NCBI GenBank assembly: GCA_029261875.1 | Contig: JAJDAL010000004.1 | Location: 21,656-85,655 of the forward strand | Reading direction: 5' to 3' | DNA: 64,000 nucleotides | Source of the DNA: Deltaproteobacteria bacterium | GTDB lineage: Bacteria > Myxococcota_A > UBA9160 > JAJDAL01 | Shown: piece after piece, positions 35,401 to 43,321 of the stretch | How positions within the stretch are numbered: position 1 is the first letter of the stretch | How the letters are laid out: every line of letters begins with the position of its first letter | Translations under genes and position numbers: made by a program | Notes under the pieces: model-generated | Seen by the model: only the letters and a program-made list of their open reading frames with translations | Databases searched by the model: none | Told to the model about the DNA's origin: nothing

Positions 35401-35791
35401 TCAAGACGGCACTTCGGGAATCCAGAACACCCAGGGTGACGGCGACGGGAAGTGCAACAACCTCGACGACCAGGATATCGATGACTTCGACGACCTGGAC
35501 GAGACCGACGTAATCGGGGGAAACAAGTTCGTTTCCCTTTCCTTCGAGCAGCGGTTCCCGATTTCTACGGCTCTGGGGCTGGTCGGAATCGTGTTCCTCG
35601 ATATGGGGAACGCCTTCTCCGAAGAGGAGAGCGTGTTGGAGATCGGCAAGTGGCGCTATGGTGCCGGCTTCGGGGCGCTCTGGTTCTCGCCCTTCGGACC
35701 CCTGGAGGGGTTCATCGGCTTTCCCTTGAACGCCCTGGAAGTCGAAGATTCGGTAGTCTTTGAGTTCTCGGTCGGGGGCTCCAGCTTCTGA
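32471..35791 (+). CDS. bamA: outer membrane protein assembly factor BamA with extended N-terminus
   Basis: Track ORF, 1106 aa (GTG start with GGAGGGGG upstream). Signal peptide, then POTRA repeats (IAEIHVRGHRRIEADAIRARIETRAGD..., VVRRITITGNDNIDNEKIRDSL..., LKRIEFTGNNHFSDEELVEGF..., FIRDIEISGNTTTVDEVLRREM...). Omp85 barrel with the loop-6 LRGY motif and terminal FEFSVGGSSF. Confidence 0.9.
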   Translation: MIRSQISIGRKRAVLSLLLFSIVTVASIALPERARAQASAEPVRVLIAVVPFRVHSAKPLGYLESSLADLLSARLESSGRVEVLDSLVVREAVVEYAAGELTETALRRLGAELGAEYVVTGSLTELAGRFSFDVRVTPASSAVASESMVLTAGGEDELLDRVNDIADRVLSIVGVETKAEIAEVRIEPQGFLPPEVMEELLTRPGTDYNADLLDRDALLLSRRPEVATVTVETERRPEGVFITFRAVPAQALFGRSSIAEEDAGDVIAEIHVRGHRRIEADAIRARIETRAGDAYRSAQIAADVREVFSLGFFRNVRVYSEDSPDGRIVVFEVEENPVVRRITITGNDNIDNEKIRDSLTLTTGSTLDYPLLFENQARIKALYRAEGYYLADVEYEIDPIADEAVAINFEVDENDKLRLKRIEFTGNNHFSDEELVEGFQTKIWRWYSHVSRFLDNSGTYAEPIFDQDLRGVADKYANAGYLQVQVGEPRVQALDEGLVVVVDIVEGRLFNVGNIEVSGDPTADLEALDDHLLLKQGDVFNRSFLTADVERLEQRYTDNGFFFAKVTPFTAITEEEDAVNVNYTVEKGELYFIRDIEISGNTTTVDEVLRREMQMVEGQLYSARSIRISQQRLESLGFFEEVNFETQPTDDPDRLDLDVKVVEKPTGSLSFGAGFSSLDSFVVNGSISQANLFGRGYGIQASADIGGTADRFYLSFSNPYVLGTTFGFNATAFRTDVEFEDFNEEQQGISLALSHILDPEARSRGFLRYDWSSRKVEQDSGVNAASLIFREVLNGEESTSLLGVSFRSDTRDDRVVPSSGMQLGFSSEFAGLGGFSKFIRNEGRISLYAPAPEWLPFRSTFSFTARAGWAIPFNDVSDFDLPDENTASSFERGLLGLEAPFLGLPTFNVAVLGDIDDDLKLPLTERYFLGGLGTFQLRGYRARSVGPRRAILWRPVLGGALGSGSVFSPVGFLNGTCQDGTSGIQNTQGDGDGKCNNLDDQDIDDFDDLDETDVIGGNKFVSLSFEQRFPISTALGLVGIVFLDMGNAFSEEESVLEIGKWRYGAGFGALWFSPFGPLEGFIGFPLNALEVEDSVVFEFSVGGSSF

Positions 35792-35869
35792 TCCTGCGGC
35801 TCGGGCGCGGCCCGCCGCAAGCAGCTGCGCCGAAACCGACTGCGATTTACCTTTAAGTGAGGCAACACA

Positions 35870-36430
35870 ATGCTTGAATCGAATTCGACTGTGGCGAATC
35901 GCCAGACATCCAGACTCAACAAAGGGCTCGTCGCCGTACTCGCCGGGTTGCTCCTGGTGTGGGGTACGGCGGCTCAGGACGAAGGCATCAAAATCGGCAT
36001 CGTGGACATCGAGCAGGCGCTCAACGCGACGGAAGAGGGCAAGGCGGCTCGGGAAGAAATGGCCCGCAAGCAGCGCGAAGCCGAATCCAAGCTCCAGCCC
36101 ATGGTCGAGCACTTCGAGGAACTCCAGGAAGAGTTCAAGGCCAAGAAGTTCGTCCTGTCGGAAGACGCCCTGTATCAGAAGCAGCTCGACCTGGTGGAAC
36201 TCCGGTCGGAAATCGACAACAAGCTCAAAGAGGTCGAGGGCAAATTCAAAGTCGACAAAGAGCGCCTCGAAGGCCCGCTGCGCAAGAAACTGATCGGGAT
36301 CATCGACAATGTCGGCAAGGAGCAGGGTTTCACCCTGATTCTGGGGCGCCAAACTCCCTGGCTCCTGTATAGCCGCGAAGCCGCGGACATCACCGACATC
36401 GTGATCGCGAAGTTCAACAAGAAGGGCTAG
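35870..36430 (+). CDS. skp: OmpH/Skp family periplasmic chaperone
   Basis: Track ORF, 186 aa. Signal-anchor LVAVLAGLLLVWGTAAQ, IGIVDIEQALNATEEGKAAREEM and a long charged coiled-coil. Conserved position after bamA. Confidence 0.8.
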   Translation: MLESNSTVANRQTSRLNKGLVAVLAGLLLVWGTAAQDEGIKIGIVDIEQALNATEEGKAAREEMARKQREAESKLQPMVEHFEELQEEFKAKKFVLSEDALYQKQLDLVELRSEIDNKLKEVEGKFKVDKERLEGPLRKKLIGIIDNVGKEQGFTLILGRQTPWLLYSREAADITDIVIAKFNKKG

Positions 36431-36435
36431 CGCGC

Positions 36436-37212
36436 TTGGCGCCGATTCATCCCACCGCCATCGTCGATCCCGGTGCGGAAGTCGCTTCGGACGCGGAGAT
36501 CGGCCCGTACTCCACCGTCGGTCCGGACGTCGTCCTCGAAGCCGGTGTCGTGGTCCAGGCCCACGCGGTCGTGACCGGCATCACCCGTGTGGGCGAGCGC
36601 ACGCGGATCTTTCCCTTCTCCTGCGTCGGCGGCGAACCCCAGGACAAGAGCTTTGCCGGCGAGTCTACCCAGCTGGTGATCGGAAAAGACAACGTCATCC
36701 GCGAACACACCACGCTCCACGTCGGAACCAAGAAGGGCGGCGGTTGTACGGAGGTGGGGGACGACAACCTGATCATGAACGGTGTCCACGTGGCCCACGA
36801 TTGCCGCGTCGGTTCGCACACCATCATCGCCAGTTATTCCGTACTGGCGGGCCATGTGATCGTGGAAGATCACGCGGTTCTGGGGGGCTATACGGGCGTG
36901 CTGCAGTTCACCCGCATCGGCGAATCCGTCATGGCGGCAGGCAATGCGAAGATCAGCCAAGACGCACCGCCCTTCTCCATGGTGGCCGGCGATCGCGCGC
37001 GCCTGGTGGGCATCAACAATGTGGGACTCAAGCGCCGCGGTTTGCCCGACGAGACGCGGCAGGCCATCAAACGCGCCTTCCACTTGATCTTCAACTCCAA
37101 GCTGCGCCTGCAGCCCGCGCTCGAGCAGGTGCGCGAGGAACTCGGAGAGGTGCCGGAAGTGCAGCACCTGGTTCAGTTCCTGGAGAAATCCGAACGCGGC
37201 TTCTGCCGCTAA
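36436..37212 (+). CDS. lpxA: acyl-ACP--UDP-N-acetylglucosamine O-acyltransferase
   Basis: Track ORF, 258 aa (TTG start). IHPTAIVDPGAEV..., hexapeptide repeats, GGEPQDKSF, GINNVGLKRRG. Confidence 0.93.
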   Translation: MAPIHPTAIVDPGAEVASDAEIGPYSTVGPDVVLEAGVVVQAHAVVTGITRVGERTRIFPFSCVGGEPQDKSFAGESTQLVIGKDNVIREHTTLHVGTKKGGGCTEVGDDNLIMNGVHVAHDCRVGSHTIIASYSVLAGHVIVEDHAVLGGYTGVLQFTRIGESVMAAGNAKISQDAPPFSMVAGDRARLVGINNVGLKRRGLPDETRQAIKRAFHLIFNSKLRLQPALEQVREELGEVPEVQHLVQFLEKSERGFCR

Positions 37213-37221
37213 ACTGGCCCC

Positions 37222-38067
37222 ATGACGCAAACCCTGGGTCTGATCGCCGGACGGGGGCACTTCCCCTTCGCCATCGCGGCGTCGCTGCGCCGGCAGGGCT
37301 GGCGCGTGGTGGCGGTCGGTTTCCATGGTGAAACCGAACCCGACCTCGAAGGCCACGTCGATGAGTTCGCGTGCTTTCACCTGGGTCAAGTGGAAGCGAT
37401 CCTGGATCGGCTCAAGGCGGCCGGTGTGCGCGATGCCGTCATGGCGGGCGGAATATTGAAGACCCGCCTCAACGCCGGCATCGAAGCCCTGCGTCCGGAC
37501 GCCCGGGCGATCTCGGTTTTTACGCGCTTGCGCGACCGCAAGGACGATTCGATCCTGGGCGCCCTCGCGGATGAACTCGCCAGCGAGGACATCACCTTGC
37601 GCTCCCAGCCGGATCTGGTTCCCGATTTGTTTCCCGGTCAGGGACCCTTGGGAAGGGTTGAGCCGAGTGCATTGCAGTTGCGCGACATCGCCTTTGGCTG
37701 GCCCATCGCGAAAACGATCGGTGGGCTCGATGTCGGGCAGAGTGTGGTGATCAAGGATCGAGCCGTCATGGCGCTCGAAGCCATCGAAGGTACGGACGCC
37801 GCGATCTTGCGCGGCGGCAATCTCGCGGGCGGCGGGGGCTGCGTGGTGAAGGTCGCGAAGCCCGCTCAGGATCTTCGCTTCGACCTGCCCACGTTCGGAA
37901 CCCGCACCATTGCGAACCTCGCGGAAGTCAAGATCGGTTGCCTGGCTTTCGAAGCGGGGCGCACGGTCCTGGTCGATCGTGAAGCGGTGGTGAGCGCCGC
38001 GGATGCCCACGGCATCGCGGTCGTGGGTTTTGGACCCGAAGGTCCGGCATCGGAGGAGAGCGCGTGA
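37222..38067 (+). CDS. lpxI: UDP-2,3-diacylglucosamine diphosphatase LpxI (DUF1009)
   Basis: Track ORF, 281 aa. LGLIAGRGHFPF..., DVGQSVVIKDRAVMALEAIEGTDAAILRGG, VKVAKPAQDLRFDLPTFG. Located between lpxA and lpxB, as described for LpxI. Confidence 0.8.
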   Translation: MTQTLGLIAGRGHFPFAIAASLRRQGWRVVAVGFHGETEPDLEGHVDEFACFHLGQVEAILDRLKAAGVRDAVMAGGILKTRLNAGIEALRPDARAISVFTRLRDRKDDSILGALADELASEDITLRSQPDLVPDLFPGQGPLGRVEPSALQLRDIAFGWPIAKTIGGLDVGQSVVIKDRAVMALEAIEGTDAAILRGGNLAGGGGCVVKVAKPAQDLRFDLPTFGTRTIANLAEVKIGCLAFEAGRTVLVDREAVVSAADAHGIAVVGFGPEGPASEESA

Positions 38068-39014
38068 AGCCCCTGCGCATCGCGGTGATCGGGGTCGGCC
38101 ACATGGGGGCCCTCCACGTGGAGAAGGTCGCGGGGCTCGCCCGCAGCGAAGGCCGCGTGGTCCTCAGTGCGGTGGTGGACACGGATTCGCGCGTGGCGGG
38201 GGAAATCGCCAAGCGCCACGGCGTTCCCCACGCGACGGACCCCCGCGACGTACTCGGCGATGCCGACGCGGCCATCGTGGCGGTCCCGACCGTGAGCCAC
38301 TTCGAAGTCGTGCGCGATGTCATGCAGGCGGGGCTCGACGTGTTCGTCGAGAAGCCGATTGCCGCGACTCTGGAAGAGGCGGAAGCGCTGCTCGGCCAAT
38401 CGCGTGAGCAGAAGCGCATTCTCCAAGTCGGGCACCTCGAGCGCTTCAACGCCGCCCTGCGCCGGATCTCGGGAATGGTGGAGAAGCCTCGTTTCGTGGA
38501 ATCGCACCGCCTGGGTCCGTTTTCCGCGCGCAGTACCGACATCGATGTCGTGCGGGACCTGATGATTCACGACCTCGACATCATCCAGCAGCTCGTGGGA
38601 GAAGAACCCGAGCGCGTGGAAGCCATCGGTGTTCCGGTCGTTACCCACCAAGCCGACATCGCCAACGCGCGCGTGGTGTTTCCCGGCGGTTGCGTGGCCA
38701 ACGTCACCGCGTCGCGGGTCTCGCCGAACGCCATGCGCAAGCTGCGTTTCTTCCAATCCGATGGCTATTTCTCCCTCGATTTTCTCGAACAGTCGGCCGT
38801 GGTTTTTCGTCGCCTCAACGGGCCGGACGGTCAGCCCGAGATTCAAAAAGAAACCTTGTCCCTCGACCGCGAGGATGCGCTGCAAGAGGAGCTGCGCGCC
38901 TTCGAACGCGCGGTCCGCACCCGCGAGGCGCCGGCCGTGAGCGGCGAAGACGCCTTGCGCGCTTTGCGAACCGCATTGCGGGTGGTCGATTCCATGCCGC
39001 CCCTCGATTCCTGA
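38064..39014 (+). CDS. Gfo/Idh/MocA family NAD(P)-dependent oxidoreductase (GnnA-like position)
   Basis: Track ORF, 316 aa (GTGA overlap with the lpxI stop). MKPLRIAVIGVGHMGALHVEK Rossmann start, EKPIAATLEEAEAL, C-terminal alpha/beta domain. Confidence 0.8.
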   Translation: MKPLRIAVIGVGHMGALHVEKVAGLARSEGRVVLSAVVDTDSRVAGEIAKRHGVPHATDPRDVLGDADAAIVAVPTVSHFEVVRDVMQAGLDVFVEKPIAATLEEAEALLGQSREQKRILQVGHLERFNAALRRISGMVEKPRFVESHRLGPFSARSTDIDVVRDLMIHDLDIIQQLVGEEPERVEAIGVPVVTHQADIANARVVFPGGCVANVTASRVSPNAMRKLRFFQSDGYFSLDFLEQSAVVFRRLNGPDGQPEIQKETLSLDREDALQEELRAFERAVRTREAPAVSGEDALRALRTALRVVDSMPPLDS

Positions 39015-40174
39015 TGCGCGTTCTCGTCTCCGCAGGAGATGCTTCCGGGGACCTCCACAGCGCCGAGTTCGTGCGCGCCCTGCGCGAATTGCAGCCGGAT
39101 CTTCGCATCAGCGGACTGGGGGGGACCGCGATGGAGAAAACCGGCGTGGCGCTCGTCGTGCACCAGCGCGAGATGGCCGTCGGTGGCTTGGTGGAAGTGA
39201 TTTCGAGTTCGCGCCGCATCGTCGGTGCCTGGCGGCGCTTGAATCGCGAGCTCGTGACCGAACGCCCGGACCTCGTGGTGCTGGTCGACTCGCCGGACTT
39301 CAATATCCCCTTCGCGCGCCGCGCCAAACGCGCCGGCGTCCCGGTTTTCTACTACGTGAGTCCCCAGGTCTGGGCCTGGCGCCGAGGTCGCATCCGCAAG
39401 ATCGCGCGTCGCGTGGATCGCATGGCGACGATTTTTCCCTTCGAGCCGGACTTCTACGCCAATACGGGTCTGCGGGTGGACTTCGTGGGCCACCCGCTGG
39501 TCGAACCGATGGCGGACATCCGCGAGCGACTCAGTCGGGAGCAGGCTCGCCGCGATTTGGATCTGACCGGAGAAGGGCCTGTGGTGGTGCTGCTTCCGGG
39601 CAGTCGTCGCAACGAACTTCGCTACACGCTTGCGCTCTTTCTCGATTCGGCGCGCGAACTCGCCCGACGCGAGCCCGGCACCCGCTTCGTGCTCGCCCTC
39701 GCATCGACGGTCGACCGCGCGTCCGTCGAAGCGCAGATCGCCTTGCAGTCGCTGCCGGCGGAGTTTCCCTTGCGCATCGTCGAAGGGCGCACCTACGAAG
39801 CGGTGCGCGCGGCGGACGTGGCGCTTGCGAAACCCGGTACGGTGACGGTGGAGGTCGCTTTGTTGGAATGTCCGTTGGTGGTGGCGGGGCGCGCCCACCC
39901 CTTGACGGCGGGGATCATGCGGCGGCTCGTCAAGGTTGCATCCTTCACGATGCCGAACCTGATTCTCGAGCGACCGGCGATTCCCGAATTTCTGCAAGAA
40001 GAAGCCCAGGCGGGAATCGTGGCCGATGCGCTTCAAGCGCTGCTTCGCGGACCCGCCCGCGATGGTTTGATCGATGACCTACGGGAAATGCGACGCCGCC
40101 TCGGCCAGGGCGGCGCGGCCCAGAAAGCGGCTGCAATCGCCGATGAGATGCTCCGTGGGGCTACTGCGCAATAG
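39014..40174 (+). CDS. lpxB: lipid-A-disaccharide synthase
   Basis: Last 386 aa of track ORF 38690..40174, from ATG 39014 (TGATG junction). MRVLVSAGDASGDLHSAEFVRAL...VLVDSPDFNIPFARRAKRAGVPVFYYVSPQVWAWR. Confidence 0.9.
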   Translation: MRVLVSAGDASGDLHSAEFVRALRELQPDLRISGLGGTAMEKTGVALVVHQREMAVGGLVEVISSSRRIVGAWRRLNRELVTERPDLVVLVDSPDFNIPFARRAKRAGVPVFYYVSPQVWAWRRGRIRKIARRVDRMATIFPFEPDFYANTGLRVDFVGHPLVEPMADIRERLSREQARRDLDLTGEGPVVVLLPGSRRNELRYTLALFLDSARELARREPGTRFVLALASTVDRASVEAQIALQSLPAEFPLRIVEGRTYEAVRAADVALAKPGTVTVEVALLECPLVVAGRAHPLTAGIMRRLVKVASFTMPNLILERPAIPEFLQEEAQAGIVADALQALLRGPARDGLIDDLREMRRRLGQGGAAQKAAAIADEMLRGATAQ

Positions 40175-41432
40175 CGTGGCGGCGATCACCGCCCTCGCTG
40201 CGGCACCGGTCGGAGCCCTGGCCGTAACCCTGCAACCCAAATGGCGCGAAGGTGTACGCGAGCGCTTGGGGCGCGTGTCGGAAGAGGTGCCGGGATCCAT
40301 CTGGATTCACGCGGCGAGTGTCGGTGAAGCTTCCGCGGCGTTGCCGCTGTTTCGTTCGCTCGAATCAGCGGGCTATCGGATTACACCCTCGACCATGACG
40401 TCGACCGGCCAAACGCTCCTGGCGAGCCAACGTCCGGATCTCGCCGCACGTCTGGCGCCGCTCGACCACCCATGGTGTGTCGACGCAGCACTGCGGCGCG
40501 TCGACCCAGCCGCCCTGGTGTTGATCGAAACCGAAGTCTGGCCCACTTGGATTGCTGCGGCGTCGCGGCGCAACATTCCCGTGGTCGTGGTTTCCGGTCG
40601 CATCTCGGATCGATCCCTACCCCGATATCGAAAGCTTCGCGCGCTCCTCGGACCGACCCTGGCGCGTTTGGACGCGGTGGGGGCGCGAAGCGACACGGAC
40701 GCCCAACGCTTCGAGGAACTGGGCGTGCACCCGGAGCGGATTTCCGTAACCGGAGATCTGAAGCTCGACCGCATTGACGCCGAGCACGGCTCGCCCGCGC
40801 TGGACCCCGTGTTGGCCCGCGTCCTGGAAGAGCGTCCGCTGTTCGTCGCCGGGAGTACCCACGCGCCCGAAGAGGCGGCGTGCCTCGAGGCGCTTATCGC
40901 GCTGAATCGCGCGGATCAAGACGCCGCGTTGGTGCTTGCGCCCCGCTACCCCGACCGCGCCGGCGAAGTGGCGCAGCTCGTGCGCGCGAAGAATCTACCC
41001 TTGCGCGTCCGCTCGGAACTCGGTGCTGCGCCGCTCGCTTCCGGTGAGGTGTTTTTGCTCGATACCGTGGGTGAACTGGTGTCGCTCTACGCCAAGGCGC
41101 GCGTCGCCTTCGTGGGCGGGAGTCTCGCCGCCCGCGGTGGACACAATCTGTTGGAGCCCGCTGCCGCGGGGGTACCGGTGCTCTTCGGACCCCATACGGA
41201 GAACGTGCGCGAGGCGGTGTCGTGGTTGGAAGCCGCTGGCGCCGGGCGCCGGGTTTCCGACGCCGCGACCCTGGCCGAGGCGGTACTCGATTTCTTTCAG
41301 CACGCCGAGCGCGCGCGCGCGGCCGGGGAGGCGGGGCGCAAGGCGCTGGCTCCCCACCGCGGAGCCGCCTTGCGTTGCGCGCAACTCATCGTGCGCCGAC
41401 TCCGCGATCCGGGAGAAAAGCGTGCGGGGTAA
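40143..41432 (+). CDS. waaA: 3-deoxy-D-manno-octulosonic acid (Kdo) transferase
   Basis: Track ORF 40074..41432, trimmed to ATG 40143. IWIHAASVGEASAALPLFRSL..., LIETEVWPTWIAAA, GGSLAARGGHNLLEPAAAGVPVLFGPHTEN. Confidence 0.88.
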   Translation: MRCSVGLLRNSVAAITALAAAPVGALAVTLQPKWREGVRERLGRVSEEVPGSIWIHAASVGEASAALPLFRSLESAGYRITPSTMTSTGQTLLASQRPDLAARLAPLDHPWCVDAALRRVDPAALVLIETEVWPTWIAAASRRNIPVVVVSGRISDRSLPRYRKLRALLGPTLARLDAVGARSDTDAQRFEELGVHPERISVTGDLKLDRIDAEHGSPALDPVLARVLEERPLFVAGSTHAPEEAACLEALIALNRADQDAALVLAPRYPDRAGEVAQLVRAKNLPLRVRSELGAAPLASGEVFLLDTVGELVSLYAKARVAFVGGSLAARGGHNLLEPAAAGVPVLFGPHTENVREAVSWLEAAGAGRRVSDAATLAEAVLDFFQHAERARAAGEAGRKALAPHRGAALRCAQLIVRRLRDPGEKRAG

Positions 41433-42510
41433 CTATCGGTTCTGGGAGCCCGGCGAACTGGCCTGGTACAAGCGCGTGGCGCTCTTGCCGGTGGATGTGG
41501 CGGGTGCTCTCTATGCGGGTGCGGGCTGGCTGAATCGCAAGAGCTACGACTGGGGCCTGCGACGGCGCCGCGCGATCGGGTGCAGCGTCGTGAGCGTGGG
41601 GGGGCTGACGGCGGGGGGCTCCGGCAAGACGCCCGCTGCCGCCTGGGTTGCGCGCGAGTTGAAGCGCCGGGGGCATCAAGTCGTGCTGGCGAGCCGCGGG
41701 CATCGGCGCCGTTCCGGGGATTCGGTTCAGATCGTCTCCGACGGTCGTCACTTTCGCGCCACGCTCGATAGCGCGGGAGACGAGCCCGTGTTGTTGGCCG
41801 CGCGCTCCGGCGGCGTTCCCGTGATCGTCGGGCCCGACCGGGTGTTGGTGGGGATGCGGGCGGTGTCGGCTTTTGGCGCGGACATCGTGGTGCTCGACGA
41901 CGGACTCCAACATCATCGCTTGGCGCGCGACCTGGAGATTCTGCTGGTGGACGGCGGACAGGGTTTCGGCAACGGGCGCACTTTGCCGCGGGGTCCCTTG
42001 CGCGAGCCCCTGGCTGCGCTCGGGCGGGCCGATGCCATCGGCGTAGTCGATGGTCCCGTGGGTCCGGAAGCCGAAGCACAGATCGCGCGCCGCAACCCCC
42101 AGGCCCAGCGCTTCGAAGCGCGTCGCGTAGCGAGCGCGTTGCGTCCGTTGGCGGGCGGGCCTTCCGTCCCGCCGGAGTCCCTGGCGGGCCGCCGGGTTGG
42201 GATCTTGGCCGGAATCGCACGGCCCGCTTCCTTGCGCCGAACGCTCGAAGAATTAGGAGCCCAGGTGACGCAAGTGCGCGCATTCCCGGACCACCACCAC
42301 TATCGCGCGAAAGACGTTCGCGGGCTCGCGACGGAACTCGTGTGGATCACCACCGAGAAAGACGCCCTCAAGATCCTGCCGCGCTGGGTGGACGGCGTGG
42401 ACGTGCGCGTGCTGGCGATCGATCTCAAAGTGGCGGAACCCCACGTCTTCCTGCGCTGGCTCGAATCGAAACTGCTCGAACGCGCGCGCGCGAAATCTCA
42501 GCGGCGATAA
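41422..42510 (+). CDS. lpxK: tetraacyldisaccharide 4'-kinase
   Basis: Last 362 aa of track ORF 40936..42510, from GTG 41422 (GGGAGAAAAG upstream). P-loop VVSVGGLTAGGSGKTPAAAWVA, VVLDDGLQHHRL, PRGPLREP. Confidence 0.88.
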   Translation: MRGNYRFWEPGELAWYKRVALLPVDVAGALYAGAGWLNRKSYDWGLRRRRAIGCSVVSVGGLTAGGSGKTPAAAWVARELKRRGHQVVLASRGHRRRSGDSVQIVSDGRHFRATLDSAGDEPVLLAARSGGVPVIVGPDRVLVGMRAVSAFGADIVVLDDGLQHHRLARDLEILLVDGGQGFGNGRTLPRGPLREPLAALGRADAIGVVDGPVGPEAEAQIARRNPQAQRFEARRVASALRPLAGGPSVPPESLAGRRVGILAGIARPASLRRTLEELGAQVTQVRAFPDHHHYRAKDVRGLATELVWITTEKDALKILPRWVDGVDVRVLAIDLKVAEPHVFLRWLESKLLERARAKSQRR

Positions 42511-43316
42511 CCCAGGGAGTGGATGGCGACGCGCAGGCGCTCACGGCGGCGGTAACGCAATAGGGCGGCGCGCAATTGTGCGTCCTCGCCCGTGTAGGCG
42601 TCGAAGAACTTCCCGACGCACTCCGGACCCAACTGCCGGGTCAGGGAACGCTTCTCGATCGAACGAAACAAGCGCATCAATTCCGCCATGCGTCGGCCTG
42701 CATCCAGCCCGGAGGTCACCCGCGCTCGATCGAGATCGATGATGCAGACTTCGATTCCCGAGGCGACGTCGCGCAACAACACGTTCTTCAGATGCAGGTC
42801 CCGGTGCTGACCGCCGACATCGTGGAAGCGACGAACGGCGTGTCCCGCGGATTCCGCGGCGGCGTGGATTCGCTCGGGGCTGGGTTCTTCCGCCAGGAAG
42901 GCCAAAGCATCCCGGGCGTTTTCCTCGAACCAGGTTCCCACCAGGGCGCGCCAGAAGGGGCCCCGCGTACGCGTTGCGGCGACGAGCGCCGGGCGCGGAA
43001 CCGGCGCGCCGCGCGCGTGGAGCGCGTGGTTGCATTCGAGTTCCGCCAAAGCGCGGCCAGCACCGAGCAGCGATTCTCCCCACACGGGTCCGAACCATCC
43101 GCCGTGGCGCACGGAGCGCAGCAGAATCCGGTCCGGGCGACCGGGCAGGGCAAGCAGGGCCGTCGCGGCGCGGCCCTCGGGGCCGCCGCCCCGGGCGAGT
43201 ACGGCTTCGATCTGCGCGGCCGTGTGGAGTTGGGCTTGCGTTAGGACGGGAGCGAGTTCCGGCACCACGATCAGCCGAGCGCGCCCCGTTTCGAGGTGCG
43301 CAAACTTTGTGGGCAA
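42498..43316 (-). CDS. lipopolysaccharide kinase family protein (Kdo kinase KdkA-like)
   Basis: C-terminal 272 aa of track ORF 42498..43484. Start set at TTG 43316, just below the upstream stop at 43322. Catalytic-loop-like HRDLHLKNVLL and IIDLDRARV are typical of the Kdo/WaaP kinase family. The 3' end overlaps the convergent lpxK by 13 nt. Confidence 0.65.
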   Translation of the reverse strand: MPTKFAHLETGRARLIVVPELAPVLTQAQLHTAAQIEAVLARGGGPEGRAATALLALPGRPDRILLRSVRHGGWFGPVWGESLLGAGRALAELECNHALHARGAPVPRPALVAATRTRGPFWRALVGTWFEENARDALAFLAEEPSPERIHAAAESAGHAVRRFHDVGGQHRDLHLKNVLLRDVASGIEVCIIDLDRARVTSGLDAGRRMAELMRLFRSIEKRSLTRQLGPECVGKFFDAYTGEDAQLRAALLRYRRRERLRVAIHSLGYRR

Positions 43317-43321
43317 GGAGC

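Noticed and set aside
35330-35530. Cys-containing, acidic insertion in the BamA barrel (GTCQDGTSGIQNTQGDGDGKCNNLDDQDIDDFDDLDETD) considered as a novel surface loop
   Set aside because: It directly follows the loop-6 RGY/F motif. As I recall, E. coli BamA has a comparable Cys pair and acidic stretch at the same place (…[21 protein letters not shown]). So this is a lineage-variable version of a known loop.
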